Assembly: GCA_905331295.1 (NCBI GenBank)
Contig: CAJNYD010000449.1
Span: forward strand, 62,001-126,000
Reading direction: 5' to 3'
DNA from: Rotaria socialis
Taxonomy: Eukaryota
DNA length: 64,000 bases
A program made the position numbers and the translations under genes. The notes beneath the pieces were generated by a model, which was not told the DNA's origin, did not search any database, and saw only the letters and a program-made list of their open reading frames with translations. Positions 53,293 through 64,000 of this stretch are shown here, in pieces. Every line of letters starts with the position of its first letter. Position 1 is the first letter of the stretch.

Positions 53293-54635
53293 AATCAATC
53301 AACATCTGATAAACGTTCACAACGTCGGCTATCATCTAAAATGGGTACTACATTTGCAGGTTCAAGATCAGCAGTATCAGAGTCACCATCAACAGTACCA
53401 AATGGTACACGATCGAGTCTACTGAATAGTCTTAGTCCTCCTTCACGAGATAAAACTGCAGGACACGTTCCATTGTCGACAACAATTCTATTAAATGATT
53501 CACGTTCACCACCACGTATTAAAATCCTTGAACTACGTGCTGAAATCGAAAGTAAACCAACATTAATCGATGAAACATCATCATCCGTTTTAAAATATAA
53601 AACACCACAGTTTAAATCACATGTTACTTTTCAAATGCCACCAATCGATGAAAATCAAAATTGGAAAGTCGGATGGATACAAGCTTGTACACATATGGAA
53701 TTTTTTAGTAAATTTAGAAAGAAACAGAAATAACATGACTGACTTCCTTCTTACATTCATAGATACATATGGAGATCATGGTTACACATCATGGGAATTT
53801 CCTGAAATGGTAACACGTGAAAAGCCATTAATAAATGATAGTGATGGACGAAATTATCCGTGGTATGGCAGTTCACATCAAGTTGTAACTATCAACGGAC
53901 CTATTCTATCTACATCAAAATATACAGTTACAATGAGAGATTTTTTTCATCCTTGGTATGTTTCAATTATGAGAAGATTTAAAAATAAAAATAAAAATCA
54001 TACAATCTAATAATTTATTTATCTATATTTGTTTTTTATTGCTATTTTTATGATTCCTTGGGATATTCCAACAAGTGATGAAGAACTACCACGTTTAACA
54101 CATATCTATAGAAATCAGCATTTTCTTGTTTGGCTTGCAGCAATGGATCTTGAATCGAAAGTAGTATTTAATTATAATGATGATAATGATGCTGATTTTT
54201 TCTTTGATTGAAAAAATAACTACACAGGATATCTATATTCTTCGTACTGTTGAATGGAAGAAACTAATCGAAATTTCAGTTGATCCAAAACGACAACGTG
54301 GTCGTCGATCAAAACTTATTTCAGATCCATCACCTGAACAGCCTATGATCTGTGATGAAAATTTGCCTATTCCAACTTGTGCTTTGTATCCACCGACTGG
54401 TAAAGTCATGAATTTGACTACTTGTTTGTTAGATACGAACACTTTTTCTTATAAAAAAAAAACAGCTAATTCGGCTCAAGTATTGGTTTGGCGACCGACT
54501 TCAGGTCAACCGACACTTGTTGTACCACCAAAATCTATTGAAATCAATACGACGAATTGTAAGTCATATGCCTGATAGAACATATTTGCAAGTTTGTTGG
54601 TTTTAGACGCTCATCTACCATTGGCTCGCTATTAA
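53293..54635 (+). CDS. FAM78: FAM78-family protein (ATG at 53341; possible upstream in-frame exons 52182-52210 and 52863-52974)
   Basis: PTLIDETSSSVLKYKTPQFKS...WKVGWIQACTHMEFFNTYGDHGYTSWEFP...INDSDGRNYPWYG...LTHIYRNQHFLVWL...ANSAQVLVWRP matches FAM78A/B motifs. One acceptor (54050-54051) reads AT rather than AG. Confidence 0.9.
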
Positions 54636-56036
54636 AATGATGTTTTAATTTAGTTTATCTTTATCGACTGAATTAGAACTATTTATATTTATTTTTTTTC
54701 AAATATTTTATACGGTTTAATAATATTATTGTATTTTATTCAAAGTAAACTTTGAATACCTATATGAAATGAATCTATTCATTCAAACAGATTTCAAATA
54801 TCATTTTCTGGTTCTATGAATAAAGTCGAGGGTCTAAAACATCAAATAGAGAACATAAATAATATATAATCTATCGTATTACAGTAAATATCAGGTAATA
54901 ATAATGACAAACAAATATCGATTAATTTGATATTTGCTTAGAAAGTTAATGATTTTCAGATTTGTTTCAATTATTAAAACTATCACAAGAACTTAATAAA
55001 TAGAGACAAGTAGAAAAATGCGTTGTTAATTTGGATTTTGATAGTTTTTTTTTGTAATATTTTAGGGATTTGGTTAGAAAGATAAGTTTTTAAAAGTAAA
55101 CTTGCTTATGTGCAATCCATCGTTTAATTAGTATTATTTCTATGAATATGAATAAAAATAATTTTTGTCCAGTTCATTATTACATCTAGTTTCATAAAAC
55201 AGTTTTAGTAAATTAGGTCAGAAAAAAAAATACTTTTCTATTGCGTACATGGATTTAGATTAGTGTGTCATGAGTACGTTGCGTCAGAAATACATTTTTA
55301 TTATTAATATAGAAATAGAGATAGTTAGCATATGTTTGGACTTGTATAGCGGTTTGTGTATTGATAGATTATGATGGAGGTTCAATTGTAACTGTCAGAA
55401 TGGCTCTTCTCGATAAATACTCGGTTTCATAATATGTAAAGAAAAAAGAAAATACAATATTAAATGATCTTATAGCAGTCAGTGAATAGAAATCTAACAT
55501 AAATCTATATTCTAAACTGTTGTTCGTATAAATGGTATGACCGAGTTTATGACATACAAAATAAGAAATAGAAGTAAGTCAATCAGATGATCATCAAATT
55601 TTAAAAGAAATATTTCAGTTAATCAACCTTCACTACAATTACTGCCAGAAAATAGTAGTATTATTGATATTCGTCTCTGTTCTTGTGGAATAGTGAAAAT
55701 ATTTTATCGTCTGAAAAGAATCGCAAGTAGCATGATTAAAATATAATAACAACTAATTATTTAACAATATGTGTAAGTAATTATTATTGTACATCAATAT
55801 TACTAATATCTCATCGATCTTACGTCAGAATGATTGATAATCGAAACTTTTGCCATGGAAAATATGCGAAGGAGAGCTTTAAATGAAATAGACAATTTTG
55901 ATGTTTATATGTTTTAATGTAGATAGTCGAGCTGATTTTATACTCAAGCAATAATAATTGAATGGTGCTTAATTAACTATCAATTTAGCTTTTAATGCAA
56001 GATTAAATAAAAATTAATTTTGAGTTTTGTAACCGA

Positions 56037-56290
56037 TCCAGGTCGTATATTACGACGACTATATACGGCCATTTACGAAGGCGCACACGACCGTATATGC
56101 GCTGTATTACGGTCGTATACCGCAGTGTCGTATACGATACAACACAACGACCGTTTCCAAGACATGGCCCGTTGTATACGGCCGTACTATAAACTGAACA
56201 CAACCAAACACTGCACCGTGTACGATCGTAACGACATCTTAACCGACTGTTTACGGTCATACTTCTGAAATCAAGAAATACAGATCCTGA
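56037..56290. mobile_element. Degenerate (C)CCAGGTCG-type MITE rich in TACGG/CCGTA motifs
   Basis: Begins TCCAGGTCGTA, ends GATCCTGA. CpG-rich interior in an AT-rich background. Confidence 0.6.
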
Positions 56291-56832
56291 TAATGATAAC
56301 ACTCCACTCAATGACCATCACACTACAGATCCCAATTATATTTCGCTTCAATATCAACCACGCTAAAAAATGTCAGTACTCTGAAAGAAAAAAAGGAGTT
56401 TTGCAGAACCCTTTTAGGGGTTCTGGTATCGGGTAAAACGCAGAACCCTCGAAAAAGGTTCTGACTGAAAAAAGGTTCAGTAAAGAAATAATGAAACCAT
56501 ATATGATTTTTCTTCAAAAATGGTTCTGTCCTACGTATATGGTGTTCCATGATTTAAATGGTTTACCCTTGGGATTTCCCTTATCTCTATATCCATATTT
56601 CGATATTCTTATATCTATACCATATATCTATACCCTTACAACTATACCCTTATTTGTATATTTCCTAAAAAAGTGTGGTTCCGGGAAAAGTTTAGAGCCT
56701 TTCCGATTTTGTCACTGTCTGAAAACCTTTCAGAGTTTCCGAATATTGATGTTCAAAGTCTTCTGAACCGAAACAAATAGTTACAGTACTTTCTCACAAA
56801 GCAATATCAGAAACTGCACAAACGTTTCAAAG

Positions 56833-57410
56833 CTCACCAACCTTGGAATGCAATGAAGAATCTGAAAAATATCGGCAGTCACACAGATGTCGAACCCATG
56901 TCGTCTATCATAAAAACGTCAAAATGACACATCGTTATTTCTCGAATACTGATATGTAACTTAGCCATTCGTTGAGATCCATTTGAGGAATCTAAAAGAA
57001 AGGAAAAATTAATATTAGGTTTTTAATTCTTTAATGTAGCTCACCCTTTGAATAAAATTCATTCCAAGAACCTAAAAGAGAAAAAAATCGATATTCCTAT
57101 ATAACTTTTTTATTCTTAAATGAAGCTTGTTATTTGAATAAAACCTATTTGCAGAATCTAAAACAAACAATGAAAACTTAATATAATTTTTTAATTTTTT
57201 GCATATAACTTACTGATTGGACAAAATGTATTGAAAGAATCTAAAAGAAACCGAAATCTTGTTATTAATTGTTGATTCTTCAATGTGAATTATCCTTGGA
57301 ATGATACAATTGTAAAAATCTAAACGAAAAAAAAAGAAATTTTGATATTAGGTTTGTATTCTGAAAGGAAACTTACCGTTTGGATGCAATCTATTTGAAG
57401 AATTTCAAAA
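56833..57410 (-). repeat. Tandem array of microexon+intron units (~80-86 bp period)
   Basis: Seven exon-like segments of 24-27 nt, most bounded on the minus strand by ttttag and gtaag/gtgag or decayed versions. Confidence 0.7.
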
Positions 57411-57419
57411 GAAGAGAAA

Positions 57420-57717
57420 CCCAGGTCGATCATTCCGGCCACCGGTGCCCGTAGGATACTCGAGGGAATATGCGGGAAAGTCACCATATCATGCAGGAAA
57501 ACACGGAAAATCGCTGGAACCCGGAAGCAGTATTCCGGTCAAAAATACGGCCGGACTTTTCCGGCGAATTCCTGCCAAGTTCAGGTGCTTTCCGGCAGGA
57601 ATTGATCGGGAATCACCGGAAAAAAATCCGGAAAATTTCTAACCGGAATACTGCTTCCACAAAATCAACGAAACTACCCGGAACCGGCCGTTTCCAGGCC
57701 GGACTGTTCGACCTGGG
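57420..57717 (+). mobile_element. MITE, CCCAGGTCGA...TCGACCTGGG, TSD AA, nested in the 56377-59496 element
   Basis: aa|CCCAGGTCGA ... TCGACCTGGG|aa. CCGG-rich; homologous to 3643-3939. Confidence 0.9.
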
Positions 57718-59693
57718 AATTGCTATAGGTTTTTTATTGTTCGATCCTGTGATTTTAAGAAAAAATCAGTTGTAATGATCATCTGAAACCAGAAGTTTGT
57801 GGTGTTCTCAATCACTACAACACTTTAAAATTATTATGGCTATTTTTAATCGTTTTTTCTTGAAATTTAATAAAAAAAAAGTTAGCTTTAGACAGTAGCC
57901 TTATAGCTACTTCCTTATTTCTCTAGCCTTAATACTGCATCTTATAGCTATATCTCGTTATCCATGCCTTGATATCTACACCATTACAATTCTTTTATTT
58001 TCAGCATGCCTTTACGATTGCATTCTTATATCTTGATCGTTTTATTTATATCATTATAATAATAGCCTTATACGGATTTCCTTATTACTATACGATCATT
58101 TGTGTATTCGCGAAAGTATATGTTTTGGACTATATCCTTGGATTCATATGGATTTTTATTAAATCCTCTAACTTCTTTGTAAGATGTGAAGTTCAACGAC
58201 ATGTGTGCACATCAGTTGCGTATCATATGGCTGAATAATTTCATAGTGTTACATGTTTAATTGAATGGTTTCTTTTGTTGACGTTAACGAGTGTTTTAGA
58301 ACAAACACGATAGACAACGATAATATGATAATAAATCATATATAGCTGCCGCATACGATACTTAAAAATATTATTGGAGCTTCATTAGCGTCGTCGAATT
58401 GTGAGGGTAGTCGTAATTTATCTCAAAGCAGTTGGATTACTAAATATGGATGATAGCATTATTTGCCTTTATAGTTATTTACCAGATTTAGCATATATTA
58501 TTTAGGCGTTGAGGAAACTATGGTGATTTGTTTCAATCTTTTCCCGGGAATGACAAACAGGTGAAAATGTAAAAACAAAAGTAAAATTCACCCCATCTCA
58601 ACGGTTTAAGTGCAAAAAGCACTCTCGAACGGTGAAAAACTCGAACATTAGAGCACAATAACGTATCATGGAGTAAAAGAAAGAAGAAAGTATGCAATAA
58701 AATTGTTCTACTGAATGTACTTTAAATTACATTTGAAAAAATATTTCTTGTCGACATTTTGATAAAAGACTTCATAATAAATATATCTTGCATTGCATCA
58801 TACTTTGTCTCTCAAAGCCTTTTATGGCAACACGTTTGAACTGTAAAACCCTAAAGAATTGAGCAGAAATGAGAAAATATTTTCCACTTCAGTATTTTTG
58901 GGTAGAGAATTTGTTTTTAGAATGGATCATTTTTTGACAGAACCTTCCAAGGTTCAGTCTTATTGTACAAAACTTCTTCGGTGTAGCATTGCAGAAACAG
59001 AATCTTTTATGGTTGAACAATTTTCTGCTGAACCTTAAACAGTTCAGTATCATGGGACAGAACCTTTTGAGTTCCCCTTGTAGATAGAAAGCATTTGATG
59101 GTTCCGCATCTTTACCCAGAATTATATCTGGTTCAGTATTATTGTACACTGAACTTTTTATGGTTCAGGATTCTTTTGCCTAACCTTGCAAAGTTCAGCA
59201 TCATGGGACAGAACCTGTCGGGTTCCGCACTTTTGACTAGAGAACATTTTATGGTTCGGTACTTTTTCACAGAATCTTAATAGGTTCAGTGTCATTGTGC
59301 AGAACCCTTTCGGTTCAGTATTCTTCAACACAGGACCTTTTATGGTTTTGAATCTTTTCCCGAAACCTTCAAAAGTTCAGTACTGTTGGTCAGAACTATT
59401 GATAGTTTCGCACTCTAATACAGAACTTGAAATGTTTCCACATGAGCTACGGAGCCATAAAAGGGTTCTGCAGGACTCCTTTTTTCTTTCAGAATAGAAG
59501 CGACGTTCTTGAAGTCATATGATCCGAAATTAAGCAAAATTTTGAATGGGACAAAAGAATTTGGTTTTGTGCCTACCTAGTTCCGAAATATATAAATTGA
59601 GGAGTTCTCGTACTACTAACAGGTCAAGATTCTTAATACAACTCCTTTTTGTTTTTGAACAATTATATGGATAATTGGAAAAATTGCTGGTTT

Positions 59694-60048
59694 CCCATGT
59701 TGCGAATACCGGATCATTTTTTGCGGTAAACCGCGGTATTTATCCTTCCTACAGTAAATTACACTGACATGGGAGTCGGTAACCGGACCGATAAAACCGC
59801 GGTAAACCGGCTTTTTTTTGTTTTGCATGTTTATCACATGTAAAAGTTCAAAAAAAGGATGTTCAAAATAGCTTAATTGATGATTTGGAACACTCTTTTT
59901 GTCAAACGTTATAGACGAACCGCTTAACCGCTTATTTTTTAGCGGTAACCGCGGTAAATTCCGGTAAATTTTCACTGATGGAAGCCGGTAATTTGACCGG
60001 TAAAATCACGGTTAACAGCCGATTTTCATGTGGTTTTTATTACATGGG
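59694..60048. mobile_element. MITE, CCCATGT...ACATGGG ends, 2-bp TSD TT
   Basis: tt|CCCATGTTG ... TTACATGGG|tt, with internal CCGCGG and CCGG repeats. Confidence 0.8.
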
Positions 60049-60261
60049 TTTTAAAGTAAAAAAGTTGGGTTGAGACCCGATAAAACCTTTTAACAATGAC
60101 TAGAGGAGTATTATGTCGACGATATTGCCGGGGACAAAAAACGAGGAATTTTTCAGATTCTGATGTAGGGCATATATTCATTGTTTGGCACATCTCCCTA
60201 ACCCTATTCCATACTGTGTGAGTAAATCACGTGTGTGAATTGACAAGGAACCTTCCCTCAT

Positions 60262-60770
60262 CAGTTTGAATTGTTATACACACTATTATGATAATGGGAT
60301 TGTTCCATTGTTATGTCGAATGCTAAATCTCGAAAAATTAACTCCATTTCTTTCAATAGGAAGAAAGGACTCGACTTATATTGATGGCATTCAATTACGC
60401 GATGAAATTCTCATTTATATGCCTCTACTAAATAAATTGACTTTCAATATACACACTTTTGTTCACAACTGAAACACTGCAATCGAGCTTCCGTCGAATA
60501 ATTACATTCAACCAGAGATGGGCAAGTCAAGTCAAAAAATGACTTCACCTGATGATTTTTTGAATGAATTATGACTCAAATTGACTTGACTTGAAATCAG
60601 ACTTGACTTGACTTGGAATTTTCTTTGGCTTAGCTATGACTTGACTTGACTTGACTTGACTTGAAATTTTCAGAAACTGACTTGACTTGACTTGAGTCGA
60701 AAAAACGCTGACTTGCCCATCTCTGCATTCAACATAGCTTTGCTACAAGAGATATCAACAATTTGATTAC
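60262..60770 (+). pseudogene. Fragment of an expanded F-box/LRR-like family gene, disrupted by a stop codon and a hAT insertion
   Basis: YYDNGIVPLLCRMLNLEKLT...YIDGIQLRDEILIYMPLLNKLTFNIHT...*...ELPSNNYIQ[insertion]HSF resembles motifs I recall from bdelloid F-box-domain proteins. Not verified by search. Confidence 0.65.
60513..60725. mobile_element. hAT-type MITE, 8-bp TSD CATTCAAC, internal (GACTT)n
   Basis: cattcaac|CAGAGATGGGCAAGTCA ... TGACTTGCCCATCTCTG|cattcaac, a perfect 17-bp TIR. Confidence 0.95.
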
Positions 60771-61331
60771 AACTCCAAAGCATTGAAAACTCGAAATAAA
60801 GTTCTTTTCTTTTATACAAACTATAAAGTAAACTTGTCGTAACACTATATGCTTAATCTTTTGAAAAAGAATATTTTTAGACGGCTACATTCTCGATAGA
60901 TGCCTCGTCTTGCTACAAAATTTAATATTTTTTGGTTAGAAAAAGTAGATTCAGATGATGTGCCTGTTAAGTGATGACTCAAACCAGGTGCTCAACCGTC
61001 ATCATTCATTTGTACATTATGTAAAACTTAAAATTTATACATAAACATTTGTTGAAATTATGTTAAATGTTTTAATAAAACCTAATTATTCCGAATACTA
61101 ATAAGCTCCAATTTGCGTAGGAGTCTCTTTTTCGAGAAAATAGAAATCCTCCTATATTCCTCCTTTTTTAGAAAATAGGATTAACATACCAGTAGTCGGT
61201 GTATCGAAAATATTCACAATGAACTCATGAATAATATTGATCTCCAATATTCGTGCGGTCAACCGGATGGATAAAAAGTCAATCTAACTGAATATATATC
61301 TACCATTTTCTCTAATCTATACAATATTTTT

Positions 61332-61557
61332 CAAGGGGAAAACGGCGGACTTTTGAACTTGAAGTTACTTTCAGCTATTTGAAGTCGCTTACTTTGAAGT
61401 ACTTTTCAACTTCAAATTTTCCTGAAATTACTTGAGGTTATTTTAAGCTACTTGTTCCTACTTTGGGCTACTTGGGTGGTACTTTGAGCTACTTCATGTA
61501 GTCTGTTTTGAAGCATTTTGGCGCACTTTTCTACTTCAAGTGTGCCGTTCACCCTTG
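61332..61557. mobile_element. P-element-like MITE, 8-bp TSD ATATTTTT
   Basis: atattttt|CAAGGGGAAAACGGC ... GCCGTTCACCCTTG|atattttt, with internal TACTT repeats. Confidence 0.85.
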
Positions 61558-64000
61558 ATATTTTTACTGAACTAGGATATCTTTTATATTTTCATAGAAT
61601 CTAAAAGTAATTATAGGTATATAAAAGTTGAAATCACGATTATGTTCAATTTTTGATTATAGCATTGGCTACTATTGATATTCTTCTTGAATGCCATATC
61701 GTCAAAACCCATACATCGTTTAACCAGCTTCTGAATCGATATAATCTGTAAATCATTGATTATCAAGATGATTCTCTTACGTGAAGAAGGGAATTCCTGC
61801 AAGTGATGAATCGCTTTCGAGTCAGAGCGATCTAGATCATGTAAACTCAGATTGGTTATCAATAGATTGATAAGCAATCTTTCTGTTGTACTATTGTTGC
61901 GGAAATAATTTATTTTAACAAAAACTTGGTAAAAAAAATAAGTTTTCTTCTTGAGAAACACTGGTTAAACAGCTTTTGCAAATTTCAATCTGCATTTTTT
62001 GTACAGAGATAACTATACAATTATACAATTCTAAAAATCAAGTTTATAAAACTGGAAGTATGCCTGGAAAACATATTTGTTAGTTTGACAAGTTTTACCA
62101 TCATCTTTTCTCGTACAAAAAAAAAACACTCGCTGGTAGTGTTAAGTTAGTAGAAAAAATGTTTATAATCATATTATTCTCTATATAATTCTGTTCAGGA
62201 AGCAAAACTAAATTGTTGCGTTACAATAAATACTAATTGTTGGAATCAATTAGCACAATTGTTTTTCCTCACAAACGTATTCTTCTTTACTATTCAGGGT
62301 TGTGATTATTTCTAATTGAGATTGTACAAATATTTTTTTAAATGTCCACATAAAATCTTAGTATTTCATACACTTATTGGATGTAGTAAAAACTGTATCA
62401 GTTATGATAGAATATCAACTTTGCGTCTATGTCTATTTAGTGAGGCTTAATACACTCTTTGTAAGTACATTCGAGTAGGGAATTAGATAAGCGTTTGTGT
62501 TTTGATTGATCGCTGTCATGCAATTTATGCTAAGTTTAGGAGTTCGCTCTCTTGAATTGTATGGTGTTGTCTTTATCTTTCAAAACTAAATACTCTGACA
62601 AACTAGAAATATTTTCAAGAAATTTATATATTTCTTTTACACCGTAAGATTGAGAAGTCAAATACATTGAAAAATAGTCAAATGTTTAACGTTATATATT
62701 TCGTTTAATAAAAATGGAATTGAGTTAAACCCTGCAGAAAAAATTCTGAATCAGATAAGAAAAAATGCACAACGAACGAAAATTAGTAATCTTTTATAGT
62801 TATATATTAGCAAAACAATAAAGTAAAGATCAAGACCTTGTACTATGAGTTATTCTCTGTAAGATTGATTTCTGTCTATGATTTGAGGCAAAATTTGAAA
62901 ATCATTCATTCTAGCGCTCTTAAAGGAAACAGAGACATAGACTTTTTTAAATGACGTAAAGAAGCTGTATTCTTGCAGCATTACTCTAGTAGCATGAACT
63001 GTTTTCATACTGCTCGTAACTCATTAGTGTGTACATGATGCACATTGTTCCAAAGCAAAAGTGATTAATTAATCAAGAGAGTTTCTTCGTTATTCAATAT
63101 ATTTTTATGCTTATTTCTGCTTGTCTTAGCTAAAACGATTCATTTAATGTACATTTCTTACAAAATAAATGATGTTTTTCGAATACGCAATAAAATAGAC
63201 AGTAGAAAACACCGTTATGATCATATTCAATGACGATCTAGGTTGTTGAAATTTTATAAGCGAGTTTGATCTATCGAATGTATGCCATGAAAACAAAACA
63301 GAAATATAGCAAGCAAAAATAGCTTGTAATCTTGTATTGCGCACTTTCATTGAGCATCTTATTTGAAATATTTACTCACCGAGAAAAACAAAGAAAAGTT
63401 CAAGTAGAACTTTTTCTTTGATACGTAACTTACGTTGATCGTCAACCCCAATAGTTATTATTAATTTAATAGCAAATACTTGAAAATTCTGCTTTCAAAT
63501 TCTATTATTGTTTCCTTTTCCCTCATTATCTATACGAAATCCAACATTTTAAGTCCAAGAAATGGACAACATGAAGCCATTTTTGACAGCATGTGAAAAA
63601 AAACTCGTTTGACTTCATCTTTGTATGGCAACATAAACGTCAATTTTCTTCATCATCAAATCAATTGAGAATTATTATAATACAGTAGAAAAAAGAATTA
63701 GATGAGCTAAGAAACTTTTTTTCTTATTAACAATGACAGACGTAACGATTGAAGAAGAATATTGAATCTATGTGACCGATGAATAAAAAACCATCAATCC
63801 TTTCTTTCTATTATTATTTTAGATTCTTTTTTTATCGTGTAACTTTATTGTAATAAATTTGCTCCTTTTCTTAGCAGATCGAATGTGTAAAAATCGATTT
63901 TTGTCAGCCAACAATGACCTGAAAATGGCATCCGATGGCAGTCAACAAACAGAACTGTAGCTATAGTACTTGTCTTCTCTTCTTCTTCTTTTTTTCTTCT

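Larger units (their letters stand above)
56377..59496. mobile_element. ~3.1-kb CACTA/EnSpm-like non-autonomous element with ~38-bp TIRs and GAACC/GGTTC subterminal repeats
   Basis: TACTCTGAAAGAAAAAAAGGAGTTTTGCAGAACCCTTTTA at 56377 versus TAAAAGGGTTCTGCAGGACTCCTTTTTTCTTTCAGAATA ending at 59496. Dense AGAACC/GGTTC arrays at 56400-56550 and 58900-59470. No clean TSD and no transposase recognised. Confidence 0.75.

Noticed and set aside
56833..57410. CRISPR-like periodic array
   Set aside because: The units are divergent and intron-like, there are no identical direct repeats or cas genes, and the context is eukaryotic.
61611..63350. Minus-strand ORFs 61611-61961 and 63144-63350
   Set aside because: No recognisable domain and no consistent exon chain; at most unidentifiable relics.
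1..64000. Horizontally acquired bacterial genes, tRNA/rRNA genes or an autonomous transposase
   Set aside because: None recognised by eye; all identified genes are intron-containing metazoan-type genes.

Overview
AT-rich eukaryotic genomic DNA with many short (~50-70 nt) GT-AG introns and one assembly gap (35629-35925). Intron size, an expanded F-box-family remnant and the MITE families suggest a bdelloid rotifer (inference). Spliced genes reconstructed by hand: the 3' end of an FBXL2/20-like gene (+), ZNF598/Hel2 (+), a receptor guanylyl cyclase (+), an atypical Gq-like G-alpha (-) with a decayed tandem paralog, a class A peptide-type GPCR (+), an Lmx1 LIM-homeobox gene (-) and, divergent from it, FAM78 (+). 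Between them are many non-autonomous DNA transposons: CCC-ended elements with 2-bp TSDs, hAT and P-like MITEs with 8-bp TSDs, Helentron/DINE-1-like elements and foldbacks. Most notable: (1) the G-alpha has a non-canonical P-loop (GNAEAGKST, most of it on a 19-nt microexon), a G5 box TCSVD equivalent to the fast-GDP-release Gi1 A326S / Gs A366S substitution, and an unusual C-terminus (NLYYWTPY), so it may be a self-activating G-alpha subfamily; (2) a ~3.1-kb CACTA-like element carries a tandem array of mostly 27-nt microexon + ~55-nt intron units; (3) Lmx1-FAM78 linkage that parallels vertebrate LMX1A/FAM78B and LMX1B/FAM78A. All family assignments come from motif recognition; no database searches were run.
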